64,000 nt of DNA from the NCBI GenBank assembly GCA_951406725.2, contig OX597820.1, positions 73,656,001 through 73,720,000 of the forward strand, read 5' to 3'. The notes beneath the pieces are model-generated. The model saw only the letters and a list, made by a program, of their open reading frames with translations, had not been told where the DNA came from and searched no databases. Numbering within the stretch: the stretch's first letter is position 1; each line of letters opens with the position of its first letter. A program made the position numbers and the translations under genes. Below, piece by piece: positions 13,025-23,364 of the stretch. This DNA is from Octopus vulgaris (lineage: Eukaryota).

Positions 13025-13899
13025 TTTATTTTTTCATATTCGTCTCCTACACATTTTTTTACACCCGTTGTACTTTTTTTTTTCTGATTTTAGATTCCGG
13101 GTCAAGTTGTAAACATTAACCTCAAATTTTTACTGAAAAGAAAAAAAAAGGAAAAGAAAATATTTTGAACTCTTCAAACGATTACTTCGTTATAAATACC
13201 TTTTAAGCCATTTCATTTCTAACGGAGATGTGTCAATATTCATTTGTATCACGTGAAAATATTCTAAATTTGACCATCCACTATTGTTATTTCAAATATT
13301 CTTCTAACATCAAAAGTCTTTCGATGACAAACACTTGTTTCGCTCACTCGATCTACAGTTCCTTCTTCTCTGATCTGAACATTGATTTCACAAGCATGAT
13401 TTCTGAAAATGTCTCGCATACAGTTCTTCTATTACTTAACTAATGGAAATATACGTTAAGTCGTGATTCAGTAACCTTTTGATTAACCTAACACCGTGAA
13501 AGCATATAGCTATGTGGTAGAGTGTTCGGCTCTAGACCATTTCATTCTTGGACGGGGTAGATCGATGTATTCTCGAGCATAGCACTTTTTTTTCTTCATG
13601 TCGCTCCAGTTTACTCAGCTATAATGAATATCGATCTTTTAGATACAATCCCCCTTCTCTTAACCATTTGCCTGTTCTGTGTATTGCAAATGATTACACA
13701 GGACATATTTCCATGCATCATGTATGATACATATTTCAATTTCTTTTTCGACCAATAAATAACTTGAAACTTATGAAAGAGAAGCATTATATTATTCAGA
13801 ACCTACGAAAAACAAGGGCTAACTAAAAATCTAAAAACAAGTATGGACCTGCAGCGAAGCCTAAAATCGAAACTTAACAGATTTACTAACTAAGATCAA

Positions 13900-14160
13900 A
13901 CCACACTTAGATCAGGTGACGCGCCCTTAATATCAACCAATATATGAAGAAATGTTATCCCCTATTATAGAATGTTCTATTATGTTCTAGAGGCCCCCGC
14001 ATAAAAAGGAATTGGGTACTTGTATCGCAGAGTGGTCCCGGTTGCGTACACGCGGATTCGCGCGTGCGCACTAGCCAGACGTAGGTACTCGATACTCGAG
14101 ATCCTACGAAAGGACTTGCGCATGCGCTGTGCGCGATATGCGCGTTACCCCCCCCCCCCC
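13900..14160. promoter_or_regulatory. CpG-rich promoter candidate with two NRF1-type motifs
   Basis: Visibly very CpG-dense non-repetitive stretch; gcgcgtgcgca (14060-14070), tgcgcatgcgc (14117-14127), and a tgacg CRE half-site near 13917. Confidence 0.55.
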
Positions 14161-14614
14161 CAATATAATTTGTGAAACTTAATGAATTAATTTCTTCACA
14201 CAAATGTATATAATTTTTGGGATAAAATTACAGAGTAACACCCGCACGATTTTCACTAAAAAAAAAAAACGGATTTTTTAGATACCTTTCTGCTTTTTAA
14301 GACAATAAGGTGTTATTGAAGGGAAATCTGGCTGCTATTTCTAGCTGCCTGAGTGACAACATAGCGATTCTCTCGCGAATTTACAGATAAATGAATTACT
14401 ATTTTACAGAATAAAATTAATGAATTAATTATATAAATTAAATAATTCTTGAAAATTAATTAATATTAATAATATTTTTTGAACAAAGTAAATAATTTAT
14501 AAAACTTGAATAATAATTTTTTTTACACAAACGCGAACGTATATAATTTGTGAAACTTTTTTTTTTTTTACAGACGTATATAATTTGGTAAACTTAATGA
14601 ATTAATTTCTTCAC

Positions 14615-15040
14615 ATCATCATCATCGTTTAACGTCCGTTCTCCATGCTAGCATGGGTTGGACGGTTCGACCGGGGATCTGGGAAGCCAGAAGGCTGCAC
14701 CAGGCTCCAGTCTTATCTGGCAATGTTTCTACAGCTGGATGCCCTTCCTAACGCCAACCACTCCGTGAGTGTAGTGGGTGCTTTTTACATGCCACCTGCA
14801 CAGGTGCCAGGCGAGGCTGGCAACGGCCACGGTCGGATTGGTGCATTTTACGTGCCACCGGCACGGAAGCCAGTCGAGGCGGCTCTGGCATCGGCCACGA
14901 TTCGGATGGTGCTTTTTACGTACCACCAGTCCAGGGGTCCTGGCATCTGTCGGGTGCCAGTCATAGGATTGGTTCAATTTCGATTTCACTTGCCCCAACA
15001 TGTCTTCGCAAGCAAAGGGGGTTGGTATGGGTGCCAAGGG
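14615..15040 (-). mobile_element. RTE-LINE 3'-UTR-derived repeat, CpG-intact copy
   Basis: (CAT)n tail plus cgtttaacgtccgttctccatgctagcatgggttggacgg; the same 3' end is attached to RTE coding sequence at 57600-58770. Confidence 0.8.
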
Positions 15041-15658
15041 ATTGTATAAGCAACAACGCGGGCAAGTACTTCCATAGAGGTAACTGAGGACATTATACAC
15101 GTTTGTGCGCCGCTACAGACAATAATAAATCCTTAAAAATGCAAAGTTCTTTGATTGCAGCTCATCCCTACGTTAAAAGATTTTCGACAATGCAGAACAG
15201 AGTATTTTCCGCCTCTCACGCGAAGCCGCTGTTTTCTATCATTAATGTAACTATGAACTACATTTGCTTCCAGCATACCGCAAAGAAACTATGTTAAGCG
15301 TGCATATTGTGATATAGTCCTATAAAAAGAAATGTTATTTAAACACCGTTGGATTGTTTTTATTATGGAACAGCACGCAGCCGAATATCATACCACCATA
15401 CCAACAATACCTTTCTCCATTGACGTTCTGGTCAAACTTATGAAAATGCTTTGGACAGTCAAAGGGTTTGGCTGTCATATCTTGGATGTCGCATTGGGTC
15501 AAGTGTGAAGGGCTGGGAAGGTGTGTATCAGCTCACGACAAAAATCTAGCGAACGCATGGTACATGACAAGTTATTCAGGTCAGATCTTCCCATTAGTCC
15601 GGGATGATTTGCAAAAGGGTAATGGGCGGGATCTTCCTCCAAAACTAATAAAACAAAA

Positions 15659-16075
15659 GGATATTTTCGGTTTGAACGGCAGTTTTTTTCTAGCGGTGTC
15701 ATATGAAATTGTCACCCATAATTATGATCCTAGTATCGATCTATTGCATTTCAATCTATTTTAGGATTAGGGTTAGGGGTGGGGGAAGGGTATCTTTTTT
15801 TTTCTTCAGAAATGTAAATAAACCTAATCTGTTTCTTAAACAAGGGACATTTTCATACGGCACAGAATGTTTTCACCTCAATAGACGTCATTGATTGGTT
15901 GAAATTGCAGAAACTGAAGAAAAAACAACAAATATCTTATAAACTATAAAATTTTCTCAATAAAGCCAAGAGAAAAAGATATTTTATAAACACATTCTAC
16001 CAGTATACGAAGTTTAAAAGTGTTTAGTTACGTGGAAATTATTTTTAAAAACTGCCGTTCAAACTGAAAAGATCC
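15659..16075. mobile_element. MITE with 29-bp TIRs and 8-bp TSD (Merlin-like GG termini)
   Basis: ggatattttcggtttgaacggcagttttt / aaaaactgccgttcaaactgaaaagatcc (2 mismatches); TSD aaacaaaa at 15651-15658 and 16076-16083. Confidence 0.88.
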
Positions 16076-16660
16076 AAACAAAAAACTATACTGAATAGAT
16101 TATTGAAATAAAGAAAGTTTCAAAAATTCAAAGCAGCTGCTTTTTCTCAAACTTTGCCTTTTGTTAAATCAGTTGCTGCGAAATAGGAAGGAAATTATTA
16201 AAGTATAAAAAGTTAATCATGATGCAAGTGTTGTACTGTTCTTGTAAGTTCTACCGCATTGGTAGCAGAACAAATACAAGTTTCTAAATATCAGTGTTTG
16301 TATATCAATCATTTGCAGATCGCGTTTGTCTGAGTTTGATCAAAATTTAATGGAAAAAAACTCTGAAGAGGTGAAAAGGGACATGGCTCGGTGAAAAATT
16401 CTTGCTTGCAAACGTCCTCGTTTTCCCCACTGATACATTTGCAAAGGAACTAATTTTTTATTGCTACGTACATATATATTTTATACAAACTGCCGATATG
16501 TAACCACCAACATGATGTTAGACGTTGTGAATAATACATGCAAAGAGAATTTTAATGCAATTCTACATTTTTTTTTCTTTTCTTTTTTGTTCTAACGATA
16601 AACTATGCTTAAAGATCTGGTTACTGCAGAAAAAAAGCGATAACTGAACATATAGTATTC

Positions 16661-16661
16661 G

Positions 16662-16707
<46 letters not shown>

Positions 16708-16709
16708 TA

Positions 16710-16740
<31 letters not shown>

Positions 16741-16778
16741 TGATAATAGTAATAATAATAATAATAATAATAATGATA

Positions 16779-16809
<31 letters not shown>

Positions 16810-16838
16810 TGATAATAGTAATAATAATAATAATAATG

Positions 16839-16885
<47 letters not shown>

Positions 16886-16937
16886 AATGATAATAATGAT
16901 AATAATGATAATAATAATAATGATAATAATAATAATG

Positions 16938-16971
<34 letters not shown>

Positions 16972-16973
16972 TA

Positions 16974-17004
<31 letters not shown>

Positions 17005-17042
17005 TGATAATAGTAATAATAATAATAATAATAATAATGATA

Positions 17043-17115
<73 letters not shown>

Positions 17116-17162
17116 TAATAATGATAATGATAATAATGATAATAATGATAATAATAATAATG

Positions 17163-17202
<40 letters not shown>

Positions 17203-17317
17203 TAATAATAATAATGATAATAATAATAATGATAATAATAATAATGATAATAATAATAATGATAATAATAATAATGATAATAATGATAATAATAATAATG
17301 ATAATAATAATAATAAT
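16661..17317. repeat. ~650-bp compound (AAT)n microsatellite with recurring GAT/AGT interruptions
   Basis: Seen directly; source of the poly-I/Y/L ORFs. Confidence 0.98.
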
Positions 17318-17420
17318 CGTGCAATGGGAATGCAAGAACATAAGCATGGAGTTAGTTTAGAAAAGTGGATATAAATAAATAAATAAATAAATAAAAATTT
17401 GCAAGTTTCATCGAACGACA

Positions 17421-18245
17421 GACGAACGTCGTCACGCGAGAAAACCCAAATATTTCGATCACTGTTCTTTTGTATCCTAACCATGTAACGATCGACAGAT
17501 TCCCATTATTTCACTTTGTTTTATCTAGACACTAACTCGTAATATAATAAGTGCGCTCTAGAACTATAGAAAATTAAGTGAAACACTGCTCATCCATTGA
17601 AAGAAGTATCGTAATATAAATATACATTACAAAGACGAATGGCGTCTAGCGAGAAAAGGTGAATGAAACTCGTAATATGAAACTCGTAATATAATAATTG
17701 CTTTCTAGAGCTACAGAAAATTAAGTAAAACACTGATCATCAATATATGTGCTGTTTAAGTTCGTAGAAAGAAGTATCGTAATATAAACATAATTTATAT
17801 TTATTATAGAGACGAATGGCGTCTCATGAGAAAGGGCGAACGTTTCGATCATTATGCTATACCCAAACTACGTAACAATCGACTATTTAACTTGCGTTTT
17901 ATCAAGACACTAATTCATAATGCAATAATTATGCTCTAGAGATACAGAAAATTAAGTGAAACTCAGATTATCAATAACACTGCTTAAGTTCGTGAAAAGA
18001 ATTACGGCAATATTAACTTAATATATAACATAGAGACGAATGGCGTCTCACGAGAAAAGACCTACATTTCGATCACTATTCTGTACCCCAAATCATGTAA
18101 CCATCGGTAAATTTCTTATTATTATACTTGTGTTTTATGGAGACACTAACTCCTAATAGAATAATTGCGATCTAGAGCAACAGAAAACTAAGTCAAAAGC
18201 TCTGATCATCTATAATACTGCTTAAGATTGCAGAAAGAAGTATCA
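17421..18245. repeat. Diverged tandem repeat, four units of ~180-225 bp
   Basis: Units start gacgaa(c/t)g at about 17421, 17634, 17811 and 18035, and share tttcgatca, gacactaa, ctctaga, gaaaattaagt and aagaagtatc blocks. Confidence 0.85.
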
Positions 18246-18459
18246 TGGCTGACTGAACACAAAATATATTACAGATTAAAGATATTCGTAGAGTAAATTT
18301 AACTCTAGTTTTTTTTGCTGGTTTATCACTTTCCTACAAGGCAAAATTTGCGTTTCCGCACAACATAACCCGTAGTTTGAAGTAGCGTATTTGACAATAA
18401 TCCGTTTACTCACTTCTCAGGCATATATGTTTTTGGCCTTGACAGCATTATAAATCCTA

Positions 18460-18772
18460 TGCCCAGTGGTTACGGCAGTGGACTCGCGGTCGTAGGATCG
18501 CGGTTTCGATTTTTATACCGGGCATTGTGAATGTTTATTGAGCGAAAACACTTAAAGTTCCACGAAGCTCCGGCAGTGGGTGGTGGTGAGCCCTGCTGTA
18601 CTCTTTCTTCCTGTTTCTGTTGTACCTGTATTTCAAAGGGCCAACCTTGTCACGCTGAGAACCACGTTAAGGTTACACGGGTCTGTGGAGTGCTCAGTCG
18701 CTTGCACGTTAATTTCACGAGCTGGCTGTTCCGTTGATTGGATCGACTGGAATCCTCGTCGTCGTAACCGTC
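18460..18772 (+). mobile_element. tRNA-derived SINE family C
   Basis: A-box/B-box-like head (cccagtggtt...ggtttcgatt) and body shared with 7030-7330 and 31710-32010. Confidence 0.75.
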
Positions 18773-19259
18773 TGAAAAAAGGTTGCAGCAAAAAAATCCC
18801 AAATTTTAGCTAGGAAAAAAGGCACATTTTATTTAAATGCTATAAACAATAGGCGCAAAAGTGACTGCATGGTAAGACGCTTGCTTTCCAACCACATGGT
18901 TCCCGGTTCAGTTCCATTGCGTGACACTTTTATATTGTCACAATTCTTTGCTTGTTACCACTGAGTTTAATTTCTGGAGCTTGGAATTATAAGGTATAGA
19001 AGCTGGCTGAAATTTCGAAGTTACAATAAATAACGTATATGTTTCAGGATAATAAAGTTGTCCTCTACAAAAGTATGGAGAACATATCAGAATAATGTAG
19101 AACTGTTTTTATTATAACTGTCAGACCTGTAACAACATACCTTCTCCCCTTTAATTTTCTGTGTCTAGATTGCTGACATTTAGCAATGGTTTCTCCCATT
19201 GTGCTGATGCACCAATCATTAATAAAACTGTCGACATTTTTGACGACACGAGTATGCTA

Positions 19260-19301
<42 letters not shown>

Positions 19302-20207
19302 CACTATATATCCTTTCTACTATAGGCAGAAGGTGTGAATTTTGAAGGGAGAGTATAAGCCGATTAGATAGACCCCAATGCTCAAATGGTTCTTATTTTA
19401 TCGACTCCGAAAGGATGAAAGACAAAATCGACTTTGGCGAAATTTAAACTCAGAAGGAAAAAACGGAATCAGTATATTTAATAATAGGAACAAAACCACC
19501 ATAAACCCTTCACCGAGTCCAAATTCACGAGAATGAAGGACAACTGAGAATAACGAGACTTCCAAGATATATAAAAGATCCACAGACAACAAACATTTAA
19601 GAATATGTGCACACGTCTAGACATGCAACTAAATGTATGAGAATATATACAAAAGATGCATAACTGCACATGCACTGACTCCAAATTTTGCACTCATATA
19701 CACAAACATGTACAAATACCCTGTTAATAATCGTGCAATATCCCCTCTGTGTTTAGCCCCTTGTGGATAGTAAAGAAATAAATAATCGTGCAATAAAACT
19801 GAATACATACAAACATACATACATACATGCATATATACATACAAAATGCATTCATATATACATGCATGCATGCATACATACATGCATGCATACATACATG
19901 CATACATACATATATACACACACACACATATCCATGAATACTTACATACGCACGCATACGCGCACTCACATACTAACGCGCGCGCACACATACAGATCTA
20001 TATATATATAAAGATATATATGTGTGTGTGTGTATATATATATATATAAATAGGTGAATGAATTATCCTATGTTTATCGTCAGCATGGAGAATTCGTTGA
20101 ACCGAAACCTGGGTAGCAAATTCACGCCAGAAACACGGTTGAAGCGATTCGTCTAAGGGTAGAAACTCCGGGTTCATGTGCAGAAATTTGTGTGTTGTAT
20201 ATGAATA

Positions 20208-20454
20208 AATGAAAGAACGGAGTCGAACGAAGATGTTAACAAAATTCCTTTACTCTCGACATTATCGTTTTGTTTACCATGTAGGCAGTCATCGAAATTT
20301 TTGTTTGTCTTGTTGTCGAGAGAGGCTCCCTTTCTTTCCTGATGAGAAGATTGCATAATGCACCCTTTATTCCTTTGGAATGAAACCATGTCTTCGAAAC
20401 ATATGTCGAGAGTAAAGGAATTTTGTAAACATCTTCGTTCGACTCCATTCTTTC

Positions 20455-20457
<3 letters not shown>
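20208..20457. mobile_element. 250-bp non-autonomous element with 55-bp inverted repeats enclosing a hammerhead ribozyme (Penelope/retrozyme-like)
   Basis: 20208-20262 and 20403-20457 are reverse complements with 2 mismatches; the element abuts (TA)n; internal hammerhead. Confidence 0.75.
20329..20418 (+). ncRNA. Type I hammerhead ribozyme with intact catalytic core
   Basis: Helix I cctttctttc/gagag(t)aaagg; CUGAUGA 20339-20345; stem II gaagat/gtcttc; GAAAC 20396-20400; palindromic AC-AUAU-GU stem III; GUC cleavage triplet 20405-20407. Confidence 0.8.
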
Positions 20458-20506
<49 letters not shown>

Positions 20507-20535
20507 TATACATATACACACACATATATATATAA

Positions 20536-20616
<81 letters not shown>

Positions 20617-20617
20617 T

Positions 20618-20667
<50 letters not shown>
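20457..20667. repeat. (TA)n microsatellite, interrupted
   Basis: Seen directly. Confidence 0.97.
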
Positions 20668-20669
<2 letters not shown>

Positions 20670-21750
20670 TTTGACGAATTTAGTATATTTCAGAAACTAA
20701 ATATATTCAATACCAAAACTTATCGAGTACTGAAACTTCCTTTTGCTATTTCCGTGTTTCCATACTTTATTGTGAACAGTTGACGTAAATAACCTCATTA
20801 TGTTTGAGAACGTTAACGTGAAATCGTGACATTTTGTTTAATGGCTTCGTCTTTAATTGTTGTAAATTTTACTTGTATAAAATAGAGAAAAACAAAGACT
20901 GAAACACCAAGAATGGATACCAATTTCGAAAACACACATTCTACAGGTTATGATATGTTTCATAGAATTTCTATTTTTTTGTCTTTACTGAAATATTTAA
21001 TGTCTAAATGCGTACGTTTATATGAATGAGAAATTTTTCTTGAATAATGTCGTCTTGCTTTATGTGTATAGTTTCTTAGAAAAATAACGATGTTTCAAAT
21101 ATCTGCTTTTGTTTTTTTGGTTTTACAAAGTCTCTTAACAGTCACCATGAGTTTTTGATGGAAAAAAAGAAAGCTATGATAAAAGCTATTCCAGCCGTGA
21201 CCATCTTGTCTGTTTAATCCTTTTGTTACCAAATTTCTCTTTAAATTCACTACCTTTGTTTGGATAAATTCTTGAAATAATGAAGAATTTAGTGAAATAG
21301 CTCTGTCGTTGGAATATGAATTATAATGAAGTTTTCATGAAAAATTTTAATTTGAATCACTTTAAAATGAGGCATAACTATAGATTCCTGCCCCTCCGCG
21401 ACTTTGGATGATTATAACTTTCAGAAAAATGGATATTTTTTAGCGAAATTTTCTACCAATATGTGTTATATCATGTAGATTCCGAATATACAAAACTTAT
21501 GGGGGGAAACTGTTTTAGGAGGAGGTGGGATGGGGAATTTCGGAAAATTCACTGTCGCCCACTTCAATTCGTCTTAACTTTCAAGAAAATAGATATTTTT
21601 AATGAAATTTTCTACAAATATACCTCGGACTATGTAGATTTCGAGAGCATAGGAATTTTTGGGGAAAACAATTGGGGGTTGCATGACTACACAAATGTAC
21701 CTCTTTCTGATTTATATTATCTAATGAGGGCATGCCTACACAAATGTATA

Positions 21751-22155
21751 TATTTCTTTACTGCCCACAAGGGGCTAAACATAGAGGGGACAAACAAGGA
21801 CTGACAAAGGGGTTACATCGACCCCAGTGCGAAACTGGTACTTATTTTATCGACCCCGAAAGGATGAAAGGCAAAGTCGACCTCGGCGAAATTTAAACTC
21901 AGAACGTAACGATAGACGAAATACCTATTTCTTTACTACCCACAAGGGGCTAAACACAGAGGGGACAAACAAGGACAGACAAAGGGATTAAGTCGATTAT
22001 ATCGACCCCAGTGCGTAACTGGTACTTAATTTATCGACCCTGAAAGGATGAAAGGCAAAGTCGACCTCGGCGTTATTTGAACTCAGAACGTAACGGCAGG
22101 CGAAAATACGGCTACGCATTTCGCCCGGCGTGCTAATGTTTCTGCCAGCTCGCCT
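21751..22155 (-). mobile_element. Dimeric SINE-A, CpG-intact copy
   Basis: Reverse complement of the structure at 2-400 and 10641-11053; retains gtcgacctcggcg and cgcccggcgtgc. Confidence 0.9.
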
Positions 22156-22609
22156 CCTATGCCTACACAAATGTACCCCTTTCTATCTTTGTTTTCTCAT
22201 AACCTTCAGAAAAATTTATAGAGAGTGAGGAGCAAAATTAGGGTAAAATAAGTAATTTCTCATTTTCTCCTTATCTGCATTTGCAATTATTGCATCCCCA
22301 TTTTGTTTCATTGCATCGTCTTTGAGAATAAAAATTGGTCAGCATAGTTGTCATTGCTGAAATTGAGTGAGTTTAGAACCTAGTTATGTGACAGGTATTT
22401 TTTTTTTCAAGAAAAGTTTCCTCAGCTTTGACCCGATTCTAATTTAGGTTGCTAATAAGATATCTTGATAATTTTTGGTGTTTAACAATCAATACTCTTT
22501 TCTCTGTAGGATTCCAAGTCAATTTGTCTCCCCACTTCAATGTTTTAATTTGATCATTTTCAATTTTCAAAAAAAAAAAAATATATCTAAACTAGGGCAA
22601 ATGTGTAAT

Positions 22610-22653
22610 TAATTTCAACAATTTCTTCTAAAGAGAAGAAATTGTTGAAATTA
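22610..22653. repeat. Perfect 20-bp hairpin/cruciform
   Basis: taatttcaacaatttcttct-aaag-agaagaaattgttgaaatta. Confidence 0.9.
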
Positions 22654-22708
22654 GGAAGAAAGCCACTCCAGCAGATCATGAAAAAGCTACAGAGAAATTT
22701 TTATAATA

Positions 22709-23069
22709 CAGTTCTATATTTAAGAGATGAGGAATTATGTACATTATTGACATTATTTACATTTGACGGATACTTGTCCTCATCTTGTTTGTTGTTAGCA
22801 CAACATTTCGGCTGATATATCCTCCAGCCTTCGTCAGGTGTCTTGGGGAAATTTTGAACCTAGGTCCTCATTCCTAAGGTATTTTTCGATATTATTATTA
22901 TTCAGGTCACTGCCTGGAATCGAACTCGGAATCTTGGGGTTAGTAGCCTGCGCTCTTAACCACTACACCATATGCCCCAAGATTCCGAGTTCAATTCAAG
23001 GTAGTGACCTGGATAAAATAATGATAATAATAATAATAATATCGAAAAATACCTTAGGAATGAGAACCC
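22709..23069 (-). mobile_element. tRNA-headed SINE-like element with Penelope-type hammerhead and fold-back inverted repeat
   Basis: Minus-strand head gggcatatggtgtagtggttaagagcgc...gagttcgattcc (A/B boxes, 22977-22905); hammerhead-like motif 22798-22841; arms 22862-22939 and 22975-23069 are inverted. Confidence 0.75.
22798..22841 (-). ncRNA. Minimal Penelope-type hammerhead motif, slightly degenerate
   Basis: Minus strand: acac-CUGACGA-a-ggcug(gaggauauau)cagcc-GAAA-ug-UU-gugc. The expected ACGU palindrome reads AUGU, consistent with CpG decay. Confidence 0.65.
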
Positions 23070-23364
23070 ACGTTGAGTTCTAATGTTGAGTTTTTTGACT
23101 TAGTCGAGTTCCATTTATTTCATATAATTTTCCCTGATCCGCTTTCATTTGACCTTGATGCTTTAATTTTTTGTTGCATTTTGGATATTTGTGATGTCTA
23201 AGGATGGATAGTGATGTGTATGAGTCTGTTTCCAAATGTAATTCTGGAGAACTGAACCGGCAAATATAGCTTGTCTTGTCTTACTCATTTTACCCCAGCT
23301 AAAATTTGTCTTAAATATACTCAAAGGGAACAGAGATAATTTTCTGAAATAATGTTCTGCATAT

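Larger units (their letters stand above)
10168..13402 (-). other. Candidate spliced minus-strand transcript (exons 13200-13402, 11517-11589, 10168-10231)
   Basis: AG acceptors (strong polypyrimidine tract at 11590) and GT donors. ATG at 11539 gives phase-compatible MSKHVETR|LSRNLSAFSSLTNDVETFRYQ. Lies downstream of the CpG-rich promoter candidate. No known homology. Confidence 0.3.

Noticed and set aside
15365-15764. Moderately GC-rich short ORFs downstream of the promoter candidate
   Set aside because: All frames close quickly, one runs into the MITE, and no domain is recognisable.
15766-15778. ttagggttaggg as interstitial telomere
   Set aside because: Only two units, internal to a MITE.
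22905-22977. tRNA gene call (also for other SINE heads)
   Set aside because: A/B boxes are present but no complete acceptor stem was seen, and the heads are fused to repeat bodies.
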